A DNA stretch of 64,000 nucleotides, from contig JAFGHI010000047.1 of assembly GCA_016930235.1 (NCBI GenBank), forward strand, positions 8,534 to 72,533, written 5' to 3'. This stretch comes from Candidatus Omnitrophota bacterium (GTDB taxonomy: Bacteria > Omnitrophota > Omnitrophia > Omnitrophales > Aquincolibacteriaceae). The position numbers and the translations under genes are program-made. Numbering within the stretch: the first letter of the stretch is position 1; each line of letters starts with the position of its first letter. Of the stretch, positions 19,245-28,385 are shown piece by piece. Under the pieces are notes generated by a model, which saw nothing but the letters and a program-made list of their open reading frames with translations, made no database searches and was not told the origin of the DNA.

Positions 19245-19622
19245 TTAAACTTTCGTCAGATAAAAGAAGAGGTATCCAGCAAAATAGAAAGGCCAAGAAA
19301 GTAAACTTATAACAAAAAACATAACAACAAATTCGCTTAAAAAAAGAACGGAAACAACAATATCGCGATACCACCCTCCGTGAAAAAGGGCAAACCTCTT
19401 CCAAACAAGAATTTGGAGAATCATCACAAAAATTCCGATGATGACATAAAAATAAGGTTGCATAGGAGGCAGGGTCTTTGCAATCTTGTCATTTTCGGGC
19501 ACAAACTGAACAAGCATATAAAGTAAACACAAAGCCGCCGTCATGACAACAGCCTTCTTTGCACCAAAATACTCGGCAACTCTTTCTTTCCCTTTTTTCT
19601 CAGCCATCGTCTTCCTCTCCAA
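19245..19622 (-). CDS. Hypothetical small membrane protein (3-4 TM)
   Basis: 125-aa ORF with hydrophobic helices. I recognise no family. Confidence 0.45.
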   Translation of the reverse strand: MERKTMAEKKGKERVAEYFGAKKAVVMTAALCLLYMLVQFVPENDKIAKTLPPMQPYFYVIIGIFVMILQILVWKRFALFHGGWYRDIVVSVLFLSEFVVMFFVISLLSWPFYFAGYLFFYLTKV

Positions 19623-19687
19623 AGTAAAGTATCAGCTTGGATATTATTATCTAACGAGATTTCTTATTACGCCAGCATCTTGTGAAA

Positions 19688-20575
19688 TCATCTCCGCCGA
19701 TAACAAAAAAGGCACCACTTTCCCTTTCTTCTTTCTCGGAGAAACTGAATCTTCTTCGTCGGGAATCTTTCCCTAAATTCATTCTTATGATCAACCGCGA
19801 TCCCCGAACATATCAGATACCCCCCTGGTTTCACCCATTGGATAATCCGCATATGATTTTCAATGAGCGTCGTGGTAAACAAATTAGCTGCGACCAAATG
19901 AAAAGAACGCCCCGCAGAAAAAGTTTTAATCTCTGCACTTTTGAAAAAGCCCTGCTTTACATGATTCAGCAAAAGATTCCTTTTCGCTACATTCACCGAT
20001 GCCCCATCATGATCAATCCCCCAGATATCGCATGCCCCAAGTTTTGCCGCCGCTATTGAAAGAATGCCGGTCCCAACACCTAAATCTAACAAAGATTTGA
20101 ATCGCCCTCTCAATCCCTCCATTTCTTCTATCATCAACTGGGTCGTTTCATGTTCTCCTGAACCGAAAGCACTGCCGGGATCCAGATAAATAGGAATCCG
20201 AGTTCTGCATAAAACCTTCTTTTTTTCCCAAATCGGAATAATCCGGAACAGGGATCCAACCGATAAGGCATGATAGTCCTCTTGCCATTTATCTAGCCAA
20301 TCTTTTTTTCTTAAAAAGCGCACGCGAAAACAAATACCTTTCTGGCGCCTCGACAAAAAATCTTTTTTTAAACGGTTGAGAAAAGTATGGGATCGCAGAT
20401 AAATTCGAACTCTTTTTCTTCTGGATATATCAAGGTCAAAAACTAATTCTTCAGGTTCAATCGAGTGACAAGAAAAGAAGTGGTTAACAAAAGGCTGAAA
20501 ATCCTTATTCTCAGGCTTCTCTGAGGACAATGTAATTTCATAATAATCCCCTCGCTTAAGCTTCAAAACCTTCAT
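19688..20575 (-). CDS. prmA: Ribosomal protein L11 methyltransferase
   Basis: 295 aa. SAM-binding motif LDLGVGTGILSIAAAKLGA and the PrmA N-domain. Confidence 0.8.
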   Translation of the reverse strand: MKVLKLKRGDYYEITLSSEKPENKDFQPFVNHFFSCHSIEPEELVFDLDISRRKRVRIYLRSHTFLNRLKKDFLSRRQKGICFRVRFLRKKDWLDKWQEDYHALSVGSLFRIIPIWEKKKVLCRTRIPIYLDPGSAFGSGEHETTQLMIEEMEGLRGRFKSLLDLGVGTGILSIAAAKLGACDIWGIDHDGASVNVAKRNLLLNHVKQGFFKSAEIKTFSAGRSFHLVAANLFTTTLIENHMRIIQWVKPGGYLICSGIAVDHKNEFRERFPTKKIQFLRERRKGKWCLFCYRRR

Positions 20576-20593
20576 TTGTGAATTCGCCTGAAA

Positions 20594-22006
20594 CTATTTC
20601 CTTTTGATTCTCTTAAGGTTAGATTTTGATATGGGTGGATTGAAAAAACTTACAGGTTGCCCTGTTGCATTCAAAACCGAAAACCATAAGAACCCGTCCG
20701 GATTAACCCGTTTTCGCCCTGTAGCAACCAATGACATGGGAAGATGAACATAAAACCCATTTCGTTTCCCAACAACCATTTGCGTTCTGCCGCTCATAGC
20801 CGCATGAACCGCATACTCAGCAAGCCTTAAACAAAATACGCTGTCCTGAGGTGAAGCCGGCACACTTCGGATAATGTAACTTGGGTCGATATATTTCACA
20901 TTAATATCCACCTTCTTTCCCTTGAAATAGGTGAGGATTTTCTCTCTCAAGAAAAGACCGACATCTTTTAAGCGAAGATTTCCTGAAGCATCTCGACCTA
21001 ATTCTTCTTCACCCATTAGATCTTGACCGGCGCCTTCAGCAACAACAATAACTGCATGTTTACGAGCAGCTAGCCTTCGGCGAAGAACCTCCAAGAAACC
21101 ATGCTCTCCATACAATTCAAAAGGAACTTCTGGTATCAAAACAAAATTAACGTCATTCATCGCCAAGGCCGCATAACAAGCAATGAACCCTGAATATCTC
21201 CCCATTAATTTAACTAACCCGACACCGTTGAAGACACCATGAGCCTCATTATGAGCGCTGATAATCGAACGGACAGCTTCTGAAAAAGCTGTTTCAAAAC
21301 CAAAACTTTGATCGATGTAAAGGATATCATCATCAATGGTTTTGGGAACTCCAATAATACTAATTTTCAGATTTCTTCTTTCAATTTCTTTGGTGATCTT
21401 TAGAGCGCCGCGAAGCGTTCCGTCTCCGCCGATGACAAAAAGGATTTGGATCTCATTTTGCACGAGGAAATCAACAATACGTTTGGGATCTTGTTCTCCT
21501 CGAGAGGATCCTAAGATGTTACCACCTTCACGATGAATATGTGCCACGTCCTGAGGCCTCAATTCCCGTATGGGATGCCCATACTCGGGGATAAACCCTT
21601 GATAACCGTACGGGACACCTAAGATTGTCCTAACACCATAGCGATAAAACATTGCCATGACAATCGCGCGGATAACATCATTGATCCCCGGACACAACCC
21701 CCCGCACGTTACGATAGCGCATTTTGTCTTAGAGGGATTAAAATATATTTGAGACCGAGGACCGGCAAGCTCAACGGCTAATGCTTTCTTGTTCTTTTGG
21801 CGATGATGTCCTTGATAAGATGTTGGATCGAATAAAACCTTTTCATGATCTCGCACAAACTTAGGGCTGACACCACCCCACTCCATAATAGAATAAAGAG
21901 GTGATTTCACCTGACACTTCCCCAATGTCGGGATTTCCAAATCTTCTGCCATCGTAATCACATCATCCATTACCGGTATATAGGATTCTTTCGATCGTTT
22001 TTTCAT
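20594..22006 (-). CDS. pfk: 6-phosphofructokinase, PFK-A family, long form with an ~90-aa N-terminal extension
   Basis: 470 aa. Motifs CGGLCPGINDVIRAIV, GGDGT, PKTIDDD and MGRYSG. See the finding on its mixed ATP/PPi signature. Confidence 0.8.
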   Translation of the reverse strand: MKKRSKESYIPVMDDVITMAEDLEIPTLGKCQVKSPLYSIMEWGGVSPKFVRDHEKVLFDPTSYQGHHRQKNKKALAVELAGPRSQIYFNPSKTKCAIVTCGGLCPGINDVIRAIVMAMFYRYGVRTILGVPYGYQGFIPEYGHPIRELRPQDVAHIHREGGNILGSSRGEQDPKRIVDFLVQNEIQILFVIGGDGTLRGALKITKEIERRNLKISIIGVPKTIDDDILYIDQSFGFETAFSEAVRSIISAHNEAHGVFNGVGLVKLMGRYSGFIACYAALAMNDVNFVLIPEVPFELYGEHGFLEVLRRRLAARKHAVIVVAEGAGQDLMGEEELGRDASGNLRLKDVGLFLREKILTYFKGKKVDINVKYIDPSYIIRSVPASPQDSVFCLRLAEYAVHAAMSGRTQMVVGKRNGFYVHLPMSLVATGRKRVNPDGFLWFSVLNATGQPVSFFNPPISKSNLKRIKRK

Positions 22007-22020
22007 TCTATCTCCTATTT

Positions 22021-22965
22021 TTATATTCCCATTTCAAATTTTTCATGACATTCTGGACATTCCGTCATAAGCTCGATCACAGGTGCTCGACAATGAGGGC
22101 ACCTTCGATACCCTTTTTCAAGAGGGCGCCACTTCTCCTGCCAAGCTGAAATAATATCAAGCCCTACGAAAACAACAACAAACCCGGTCAAAAAGATTGG
22201 AATAATTTGAAATCTGGACCATCCCCAAGGCAATCCAAAAACTAAATCAAAAATCCATAAACCATATGCAAACCAAAACAAAATATAAATATTCCATAAA
22301 GACCTCGCGAAGGGCCTCCCAAAATCAACTCCTTGGAAAGCACCTATTGCAAGGGTGCCCCCGCCAAGCAATAAGACGAGAATAAATAAGATATTCATGA
22401 AACGATCTTCAGGGGCTGGATTAACGACATAACTAACGAAATCTCGGAAAGGTGTTTTTGTCTTAATCTCAAGCTCTTTACCCGCAAAAGAAACACCCCG
22501 CTTTTTTAGCATCTGGTAAATTATTTTTCGAAGTTCATGGAACTCACCCCATTTAAGAAAAAGTGCCTCAAAATTTGTTAAAACGCGACTCTGAGTCAAA
22601 AATTCCTCGTAAAGCTCATTGGCTTTTTCTGTCTCGCCTGTATGATCCATTACAATCGCTTCCAAAAGGACAGCAATCGCATTATCAGCATAATCCTCTT
22701 TGGCTTGCTTAAGTAAAGCGATAGTTCCTCTTGGATTTTTTTGATATATCATCATTTCAATTGCGCTTGACGTTTTTTCCAGCGAATCGTTCAAATGGTG
22801 AAGTTTAAAAGGCCTTTTGGAAGCTGTTTGAAGAATACGCGCCGAAACCTGCTTGAGAATTACTCCTAATTGCGGGTCAGCGTTTTTTGATTGCTCCAAA
22901 GAAAAATCAATATTACCAACTGCAAGGGGGAAAAGTGAGAGAAGGATTAAGATCGATTTCATCAT
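22021..22965 (-). CDS. Hypothetical exported helical domain with a 3-TM anchor and a C-terminal CxxC...CxxC zinc ribbon
   Basis: 314 aa. Signal peptide MMKSILILLSLFPLAVG. Hydrophobic helices near residues 200-280. C-terminus reads CPHCRAPVIELMTECPECHEKF. Confidence 0.55.
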   Translation of the reverse strand: MMKSILILLSLFPLAVGNIDFSLEQSKNADPQLGVILKQVSARILQTASKRPFKLHHLNDSLEKTSSAIEMMIYQKNPRGTIALLKQAKEDYADNAIAVLLEAIVMDHTGETEKANELYEEFLTQSRVLTNFEALFLKWGEFHELRKIIYQMLKKRGVSFAGKELEIKTKTPFRDFVSYVVNPAPEDRFMNILFILVLLLGGGTLAIGAFQGVDFGRPFARSLWNIYILFWFAYGLWIFDLVFGLPWGWSRFQIIPIFLTGFVVVFVGLDIISAWQEKWRPLEKGYRRCPHCRAPVIELMTECPECHEKFEMGI

Positions 22966-23343
22966 AAAATATATTTCTCCCCTTTTTTAGACTAAATCTT
23001 TTTGACTATACAATCAAAAATAGAATTGCCAATCCCATTAGAATTCCGCATCGCTTAGTTATTTTACTCCAAGACTCCATTCTTTGCTCCTGCAAAATCC
23101 CTGGGGCAAATAAATATTCATTCTCTCGGTTTTCTAATCACTAAACAGCCATTCTCTTTGAAGGGAGATTTTAATCAGTCGTAACCTATTGCACAGAAAC
23201 GTGTTAACCCTCTTATTGCCAGCCGAATATTAGTTCTTTACGAATATGATATTTTCTTAACATCTGATGAAGTCAAAACTATCGAGGAGTTGCTTGAATA
23301 TCTCAGGAAAAAATATTTCATATGAAGCACGCCCAGTTCTAAA

Positions 23344-24222
23344 TCATGACGGAGACATCTTGTATTTTCGGAGTTCGTCGGCGAGCATCATAAAATCTTT
23401 CAGCAAGAGTTCTTCCCCACGGGCAGCGGGAGCGAACCCCAGCTTCTTCAATATGTCCTCTAATGTTAATCTATCGACCTTAATATCTGAAGCTCGTGTC
23501 AATATATGAATCAACGTCTTTCGACGTTGCTGAAAAGAAATTTGAATAAGCCGGAATAGGAATTTCTCGTCGGGATAAATGAGCAAATCATTTTCTTGAT
23601 GAAATTTCCAAAAGGTAACCGTAGAACCCACTTCTGGGCGAGGGGTAAAACAGGATGGGGCCACATGAAAAGCACGGCTGACTTCTGCTTTATATCGCAC
23701 AGCCAAAGTCAGCCTCCCGTAATTTTTGTCTCCGGGAGGCGCCATCAGTCTCTCAGCAACTTCCCTTTGCATCATCAATACTGCGGAACTTAAAAGGAAG
23801 GAAGATTCAAGCAATTTCAACAAAATAGGTGCCGTAATGTAATAAGGCAAATTACTGAGAACTTTAACTCTACTCATGCGTCTTTTATCTTCTTGAAATT
23901 TTAGGATTTCCGGAAAATCAACTCGAAGGACATCGTTATAAATAATCTCAAGTCTTCCAGAAAGATAATCCCGATATTCCTCTCGAAGCACTTCTGTAAA
24001 TCGCTCATTTTTCTCGATGCATAATACTCTTGCGCCCTTTTCAAGGACGAGCCCGGTTAAAGCCCCAAGCCCAGGGCCAATCTCAAGAATTGTCTCGCCG
24101 GGTTGAGGATCCAGAAGATTAACAATTTTTTTTTGGATATTATGATCAATCAGGAGATGTTGCCCCGAATGTCCTCGAATGGTAAGCTGATATTTTTTTA
24201 TGAGTTCGATCTGAGAAGGCAT
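23344..24222 (-). CDS. rsmA: 16S rRNA (adenine1518/1519-N6)-dimethyltransferase
   Basis: 292 aa. GQHLL and SAM motif ILEIGPGLGALT. Confidence 0.9.
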   Translation of the reverse strand: MPSQIELIKKYQLTIRGHSGQHLLIDHNIQKKIVNLLDPQPGETILEIGPGLGALTGLVLEKGARVLCIEKNERFTEVLREEYRDYLSGRLEIIYNDVLRVDFPEILKFQEDKRRMSRVKVLSNLPYYITAPILLKLLESSFLLSSAVLMMQREVAERLMAPPGDKNYGRLTLAVRYKAEVSRAFHVAPSCFTPRPEVGSTVTFWKFHQENDLLIYPDEKFLFRLIQISFQQRRKTLIHILTRASDIKVDRLTLEDILKKLGFAPAARGEELLLKDFMMLADELRKYKMSPS

Positions 24223-24238
24223 GAAAGACCAGCCTGAA

Positions 24239-25294
24239 TTAGTTTCTTATCTGAGGAAATAAAAGCTTTCTGGTTAAATCAAGCGCTGCTGTCATGGACG
24301 AAGAATCAGCCTTTCCTTGATAAGCGATATCAAAGGCCGTTCCGTGATCCGGCGATGTACGAACAAAAGGCAAGCCGACCGTTGTGTTAACGCCATTACG
24401 GAAAGCAATCATTTTGAAAGGCCCCAAGCCTTGGTCATGATACATACTCACCAAAACATCATACCGCCCTTCATAGGCTTCATAAAAGAGCTGATCAGCC
24501 GCAAGAGGACCTGTCACATTAATTTTTTCCTTCTTAGCTTTTTGGACAGCAGATTCAATCAAATCTTCTTCCTGGCCCCCTGTTTCTTTCCCATGGGGAT
24601 TAAGAGCGCAAACTGCGAGTCTCGGTTCCGCAATATTAAAATAGGTTCTCAAAAAATAATTCGTTAACCGAATCTTTTCAAGGACCAACTTCTCGGAAAT
24701 AAGCTCGCTAACTTTTTTTAAAGGAACATGGATCGTTACTAACGTTACCTTCAAACGGTCACTGACAAACATCATCGCATATTTGTTAATATTAGCGACC
24801 TTTGCCAAAAACTCGGTGTGACCTGTAAACGTTGAATCCAGAAGTTTGATTGCAGCTTTATTAACCGGCGCTGTTACCAAAGCTTCGACAGCCCCCTTTG
24901 ACGCAAGTCGAGCTGCTATTTCCAAGGAGGCAAGAGCGATGGCAGCATTAATAAGGGATACCTTCCCAATATCAAAAACCATTTCTGCTTCTGCCTTACC
25001 AGAGACAAGCCCTTCAATCTCTTTCCTGCTTTGCAGTAGTTCGCGCGCGTTACTTGAAATATCAAGGAAATTAATAGCATCCTTGCGAAGTTGCTCACTG
25101 TCAAGTGACGAAACAAAATGACAAGGAAACCTTAAACCAAGTTTTTTGTCCAAGATCTCAAACGCACTTCTCACACCGATCATGACATAGTGACACTCTT
25201 CAGACTTTTTGAAGTACTGTAAGGATTTCGCAATAACCTCCGGCCCGATTCCCCCAGGGTCACCCATCGTTATCGCAATGATTGGCTTACGCAT
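24239..25294 (-). CDS. pdxA: 4-hydroxythreonine-4-phosphate dehydrogenase
   Basis: 351 aa. MRKPIIAITMGDPGGIGPEVI and GHTEFLA motif. Confidence 0.85.
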   Translation of the reverse strand: MRKPIIAITMGDPGGIGPEVIAKSLQYFKKSEECHYVMIGVRSAFEILDKKLGLRFPCHFVSSLDSEQLRKDAINFLDISSNARELLQSRKEIEGLVSGKAEAEMVFDIGKVSLINAAIALASLEIAARLASKGAVEALVTAPVNKAAIKLLDSTFTGHTEFLAKVANINKYAMMFVSDRLKVTLVTIHVPLKKVSELISEKLVLEKIRLTNYFLRTYFNIAEPRLAVCALNPHGKETGGQEEDLIESAVQKAKKEKINVTGPLAADQLFYEAYEGRYDVLVSMYHDQGLGPFKMIAFRNGVNTTVGLPFVRTSPDHGTAFDIAYQGKADSSSMTAALDLTRKLLFPQIRN

Positions 25295-25326
25295 AAGGTC
25301 CTTATATCTAAATTAATTCCGACTGT

Positions 25327-26292
25327 TTATCGAATAGAGATATACGCATCTTTCTTTAATTCGGTCATCCATTCTGTAAAACGTTCATCATATTTCTCTT
25401 GATATAACTTCGAAAATATTTCATCCCGCACGTCATCGAGTTCACGTTTCATTCCCTCTTTGCGGTCCTCAACACGAAAAAGATGATACCCCATAGGAGT
25501 TTCGATCACTTGTGATATGTTGCTGGGTTCAAGACTAAAAATGACCTCATCAATGACAGGGATCATATCCCCATGCCCAACCCACCCTCCAACACCACCA
25601 TCCTTTGCAAGGGTATCTTCCGAATATAGTTTAGCTAACTCTCCAAAATTTTCTCCTGATAATATTTTATTTCTTAAGCTCTCAATCTTTTCTTTCGCGT
25701 TTTCATCCGCCATTCCTTTAACTCTTGCCTCAGCGCCCTTCTTAATTGTAATAGAGCGCACCTTTAATTGTTCCTCCTCGGAATATTCAGAAGGATGTGA
25801 ATGATAATAATCTTCAATGTCTTTGGGGGAAACCACTATCTTGGCACGAATTTCAATGTTTTGAAGATGGCGTATCATTAGCTGACGGCGCAAACGATCA
25901 CGCATTTCATTAAGAGTTAACCCTTCTCTCTTCAAAGCCTGCTCCAATTCCATTTCCGTAGGAAAACGTTTTTTAAACTCCTCGATCTGACTATCAATTT
26001 CATTCTCATCAACTTGGATGGCACGCTTCAGCGCTTCTTGATAAACAAGACGATCTTCGATCAGCTGATAAAGCAATCGAACCCGCGCCTCATTAAGTTT
26101 CTCAATAAGTTCCTGGTTGTGATACTGCTCTTTATACTCGTCATACAGGGGTCTGAGAAGCACGTCGAGTTCGCTCTGTGTAATAATCTCATCATTCACA
26201 ACAGCCACTACCCGATCCAATAGTTGAGTTTCCGAAAGAACATTGGGTGTTAAGACTATAAATAGAGCTATTATGAGGACTATAGTTTTCAT
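25327..26292 (-). CDS. surA: Periplasmic chaperone / peptidyl-prolyl isomerase of the SurA family, with one parvulin domain
   Basis: Start at ATG 26292 (MKTIVLIIALFIVLTPNVLS, a signal peptide); the ORF track uses an upstream TTG. Parvulin motif GGWVGHGDMIPVIDEVIFSL...GYHLFRVE. Confidence 0.75.
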   Translation of the reverse strand: MKTIVLIIALFIVLTPNVLSETQLLDRVVAVVNDEIITQSELDVLLRPLYDEYKEQYHNQELIEKLNEARVRLLYQLIEDRLVYQEALKRAIQVDENEIDSQIEEFKKRFPTEMELEQALKREGLTLNEMRDRLRRQLMIRHLQNIEIRAKIVVSPKDIEDYYHSHPSEYSEEEQLKVRSITIKKGAEARVKGMADENAKEKIESLRNKILSGENFGELAKLYSEDTLAKDGGVGGWVGHGDMIPVIDEVIFSLEPSNISQVIETPMGYHLFRVEDRKEGMKRELDDVRDEIFSKLYQEKYDERFTEWMTELKKDAYISIR

Positions 26293-26357
26293 GGAAGTTA
26301 TTCTTATAACACAACTTACGATCAATTTCAAGGAAGATCTGAAATACCTATTTATGC

Positions 26358-28271
26358 CTACCGAACTGGCTTTTTTTCTTTGTTTTTTTCGTTTTCAATC
26401 GCCTTTCTCAGCATCTTACAATAGAGATCAAAACCGACGGCATGAATAAACCCGCTTTGTTGATGTCCTAGCAAATTACCAGCTCCTCGAATCTCCAAGT
26501 CTTCTAGAGCGATTTTAAACCCAGAACCCAATTCCGTAAAGCGCTGAATAGCTGATAAACGTTTTTCAGCTTCTCCTGTCATCACCCAATTTTTTGGTAC
26601 CATAAAATAGGCGTAAGCTTGTCGCTTTTCTTGAAAGCGTCCAACCCGTCCCCGTAACTGATAGAGATCGGCAAGACCGAACAAATCGGCCCGATTAATC
26701 ATGATTGTGTTCACATTGGGAATATCAATCCCTGATTCAATAATATTCGTTGCGATCAAGCAATCGATTCGTTCCACGAGAAATTGCCCCATGACGTTCT
26801 CTAATGCATCGGCTGACATCTGCCCATGTGCAACCCCAAAACGAACATGCGGCATAATTTTCTTGAGATGCCGGTGCACTTTATCGATAGACTGCACTCG
26901 ATTATGCACAAAGTAAATCTGCCCACCACGGGACAATTCGACTTGAAAGGCCTCACGAATCTTTTCATCATCATATTCGAGAACGTAAGTTTCTATGGGT
27001 AAGCGGTTTTCCGGCGCGGTTTCAATCGTTGACATATCGCGAACACCGACAAGAGACATATAAAGTGTGCGAGGGATTGGAGTCGCTGTTAAAGTCATAA
27101 TATCCAACGCAGAACGCATTGTCTTCAATTTCTCTTTATGTTTGACACCAAAACGTTGCTCCTCATCAATGATCAGTAGCCCAAGATTCCGGAATCGAAC
27201 GTCACGAGACAAAAGTCGATGAGTCCCGACAACAATATCCGTTTTCCCCTCTTCCATTGATTTGAGTATTCTCTTTTGTTCTTTACGGGCGCGAAAACGT
27301 GAAAGAACTTCAACCGTTACGGGATAATTTTTCATGCGGTTTTTCATTACAACATAATGCTGTTCCGCGAGCACTGTCGTAGGGACAAGAATTGCCACTT
27401 GTCGTCCTCCTGTAATAGCTTTAAAAGCCGCACGGAGAGCAACCTCTGTTTTTCCATAGCCGACATCTCCGGCAAGAAGACGATCCATGGGAGATTCTTT
27501 TTCCATATCCCGCTTAACTTCTGCGATCGCTTTTAATTGATCGGGCGTTTCCTTGAAAGGAAACTCAGCTTCAAACTCCTTCTGCCACTCGTGATCCTTG
27601 GGGAAAGCAAACCCTTTTCCAACTGTCCTAAGAGCTTGAACCTTTAAAAGGTCTTCGGCAACGCTTGAAACGGCCTTTCTTGTTCTTATTTTTGCCCGCT
27701 CCCACTCCTTGCTATGCAACTTGGTTAGCCTAGGAGGCCTCCCCTCACCTCCGATATACCGTTCAAGGAGTTCCCCCATTTCCAAATACAAAATTTCTCG
27801 ATTTGCATATTCAATAGCTAGATGCCTTCTCTTCTGTCCGTCTACCTGGATCCTTTTAGTTCCCAAGAATCTACCGATCCCGTATTTCAGATGGACGACA
27901 TAATCGCCAGCTTGAAGATGTTTCGTTTCTTCAATCGGCTCTAATTGCTCATACTCTTTGCCTAATTTTTTAAGTTTTTTCTCGAATGTTTTATTGACTG
28001 GGATGACAAAAAATTCGTCGAATTGAATTAAGGACTTACCATCCAAAGGCGAGAAATCATGGATTGAGGTAATGGTTTCAGCTTCATACTCAACCCTAAC
28101 GGGCATACGATAAGTCAATGGATAGATATCAAAAATACCCCCGCGGATGGCATATTCCCCCGGGCGAGTGACAAAACTCTTCTTCTCATAGCCATTATCC
28201 TGAAGGATTGCTTCAAGCTCTATCCGCGGGATATCCTGTCCGACGACGACGCGATGAAATGTTCCCTTCAT
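26358..28271 (-). CDS. mfd: Transcription-repair coupling factor Mfd, unusually short (637 aa)
   Basis: UvrB-like RGGIFDIYP motif near the N-terminus. RID-like GDYVVHLKYGIGRFLG. Translocase begins FPFKETPDQLKAI with Walker A GDVGYGKTEVA, DEEQ, QLRGRVGR and a TRG-like LEIRGAGNLLG. SD GGGTGA before the ATG at 28271. Confidence 0.85.
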   Translation of the reverse strand: MKGTFHRVVVGQDIPRIELEAILQDNGYEKKSFVTRPGEYAIRGGIFDIYPLTYRMPVRVEYEAETITSIHDFSPLDGKSLIQFDEFFVIPVNKTFEKKLKKLGKEYEQLEPIEETKHLQAGDYVVHLKYGIGRFLGTKRIQVDGQKRRHLAIEYANREILYLEMGELLERYIGGEGRPPRLTKLHSKEWERAKIRTRKAVSSVAEDLLKVQALRTVGKGFAFPKDHEWQKEFEAEFPFKETPDQLKAIAEVKRDMEKESPMDRLLAGDVGYGKTEVALRAAFKAITGGRQVAILVPTTVLAEQHYVVMKNRMKNYPVTVEVLSRFRARKEQKRILKSMEEGKTDIVVGTHRLLSRDVRFRNLGLLIIDEEQRFGVKHKEKLKTMRSALDIMTLTATPIPRTLYMSLVGVRDMSTIETAPENRLPIETYVLEYDDEKIREAFQVELSRGGQIYFVHNRVQSIDKVHRHLKKIMPHVRFGVAHGQMSADALENVMGQFLVERIDCLIATNIIESGIDIPNVNTIMINRADLFGLADLYQLRGRVGRFQEKRQAYAYFMVPKNWVMTGEAEKRLSAIQRFTELGSGFKIALEDLEIRGAGNLLGHQQSGFIHAVGFDLYCKMLRKAIENEKNKEKKPVR

Positions 28272-28385
28272 AACTCACCCTTTTCCTAGGCATGATCAAA
28301 GAGTTATTATAATCATTGAAAAGCATTAGGGAGAGAAATTTAATGCGGCAAGAAAACTAAAGGGAAAATAAGAAAATAGGAAGGT

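Noticed and set aside
22966-23343. 378-bp non-coding gap upstream of the zinc-ribbon membrane protein, screened for ncRNA (SRP, RNase P, tmRNA, 6S) or riboswitch
   Set aside because: No recognisable conserved motifs from those families. It is most simply promoter/leader DNA.
26358-28271. Possibility that the short helicase is RecG rather than Mfd
   Set aside because: It has the RNAP-interacting-domain-like GDYVVHLKYGIGRF block and the Mfd-type FPFKETPDQ entry to the translocase. RecG's wedge domain is absent.
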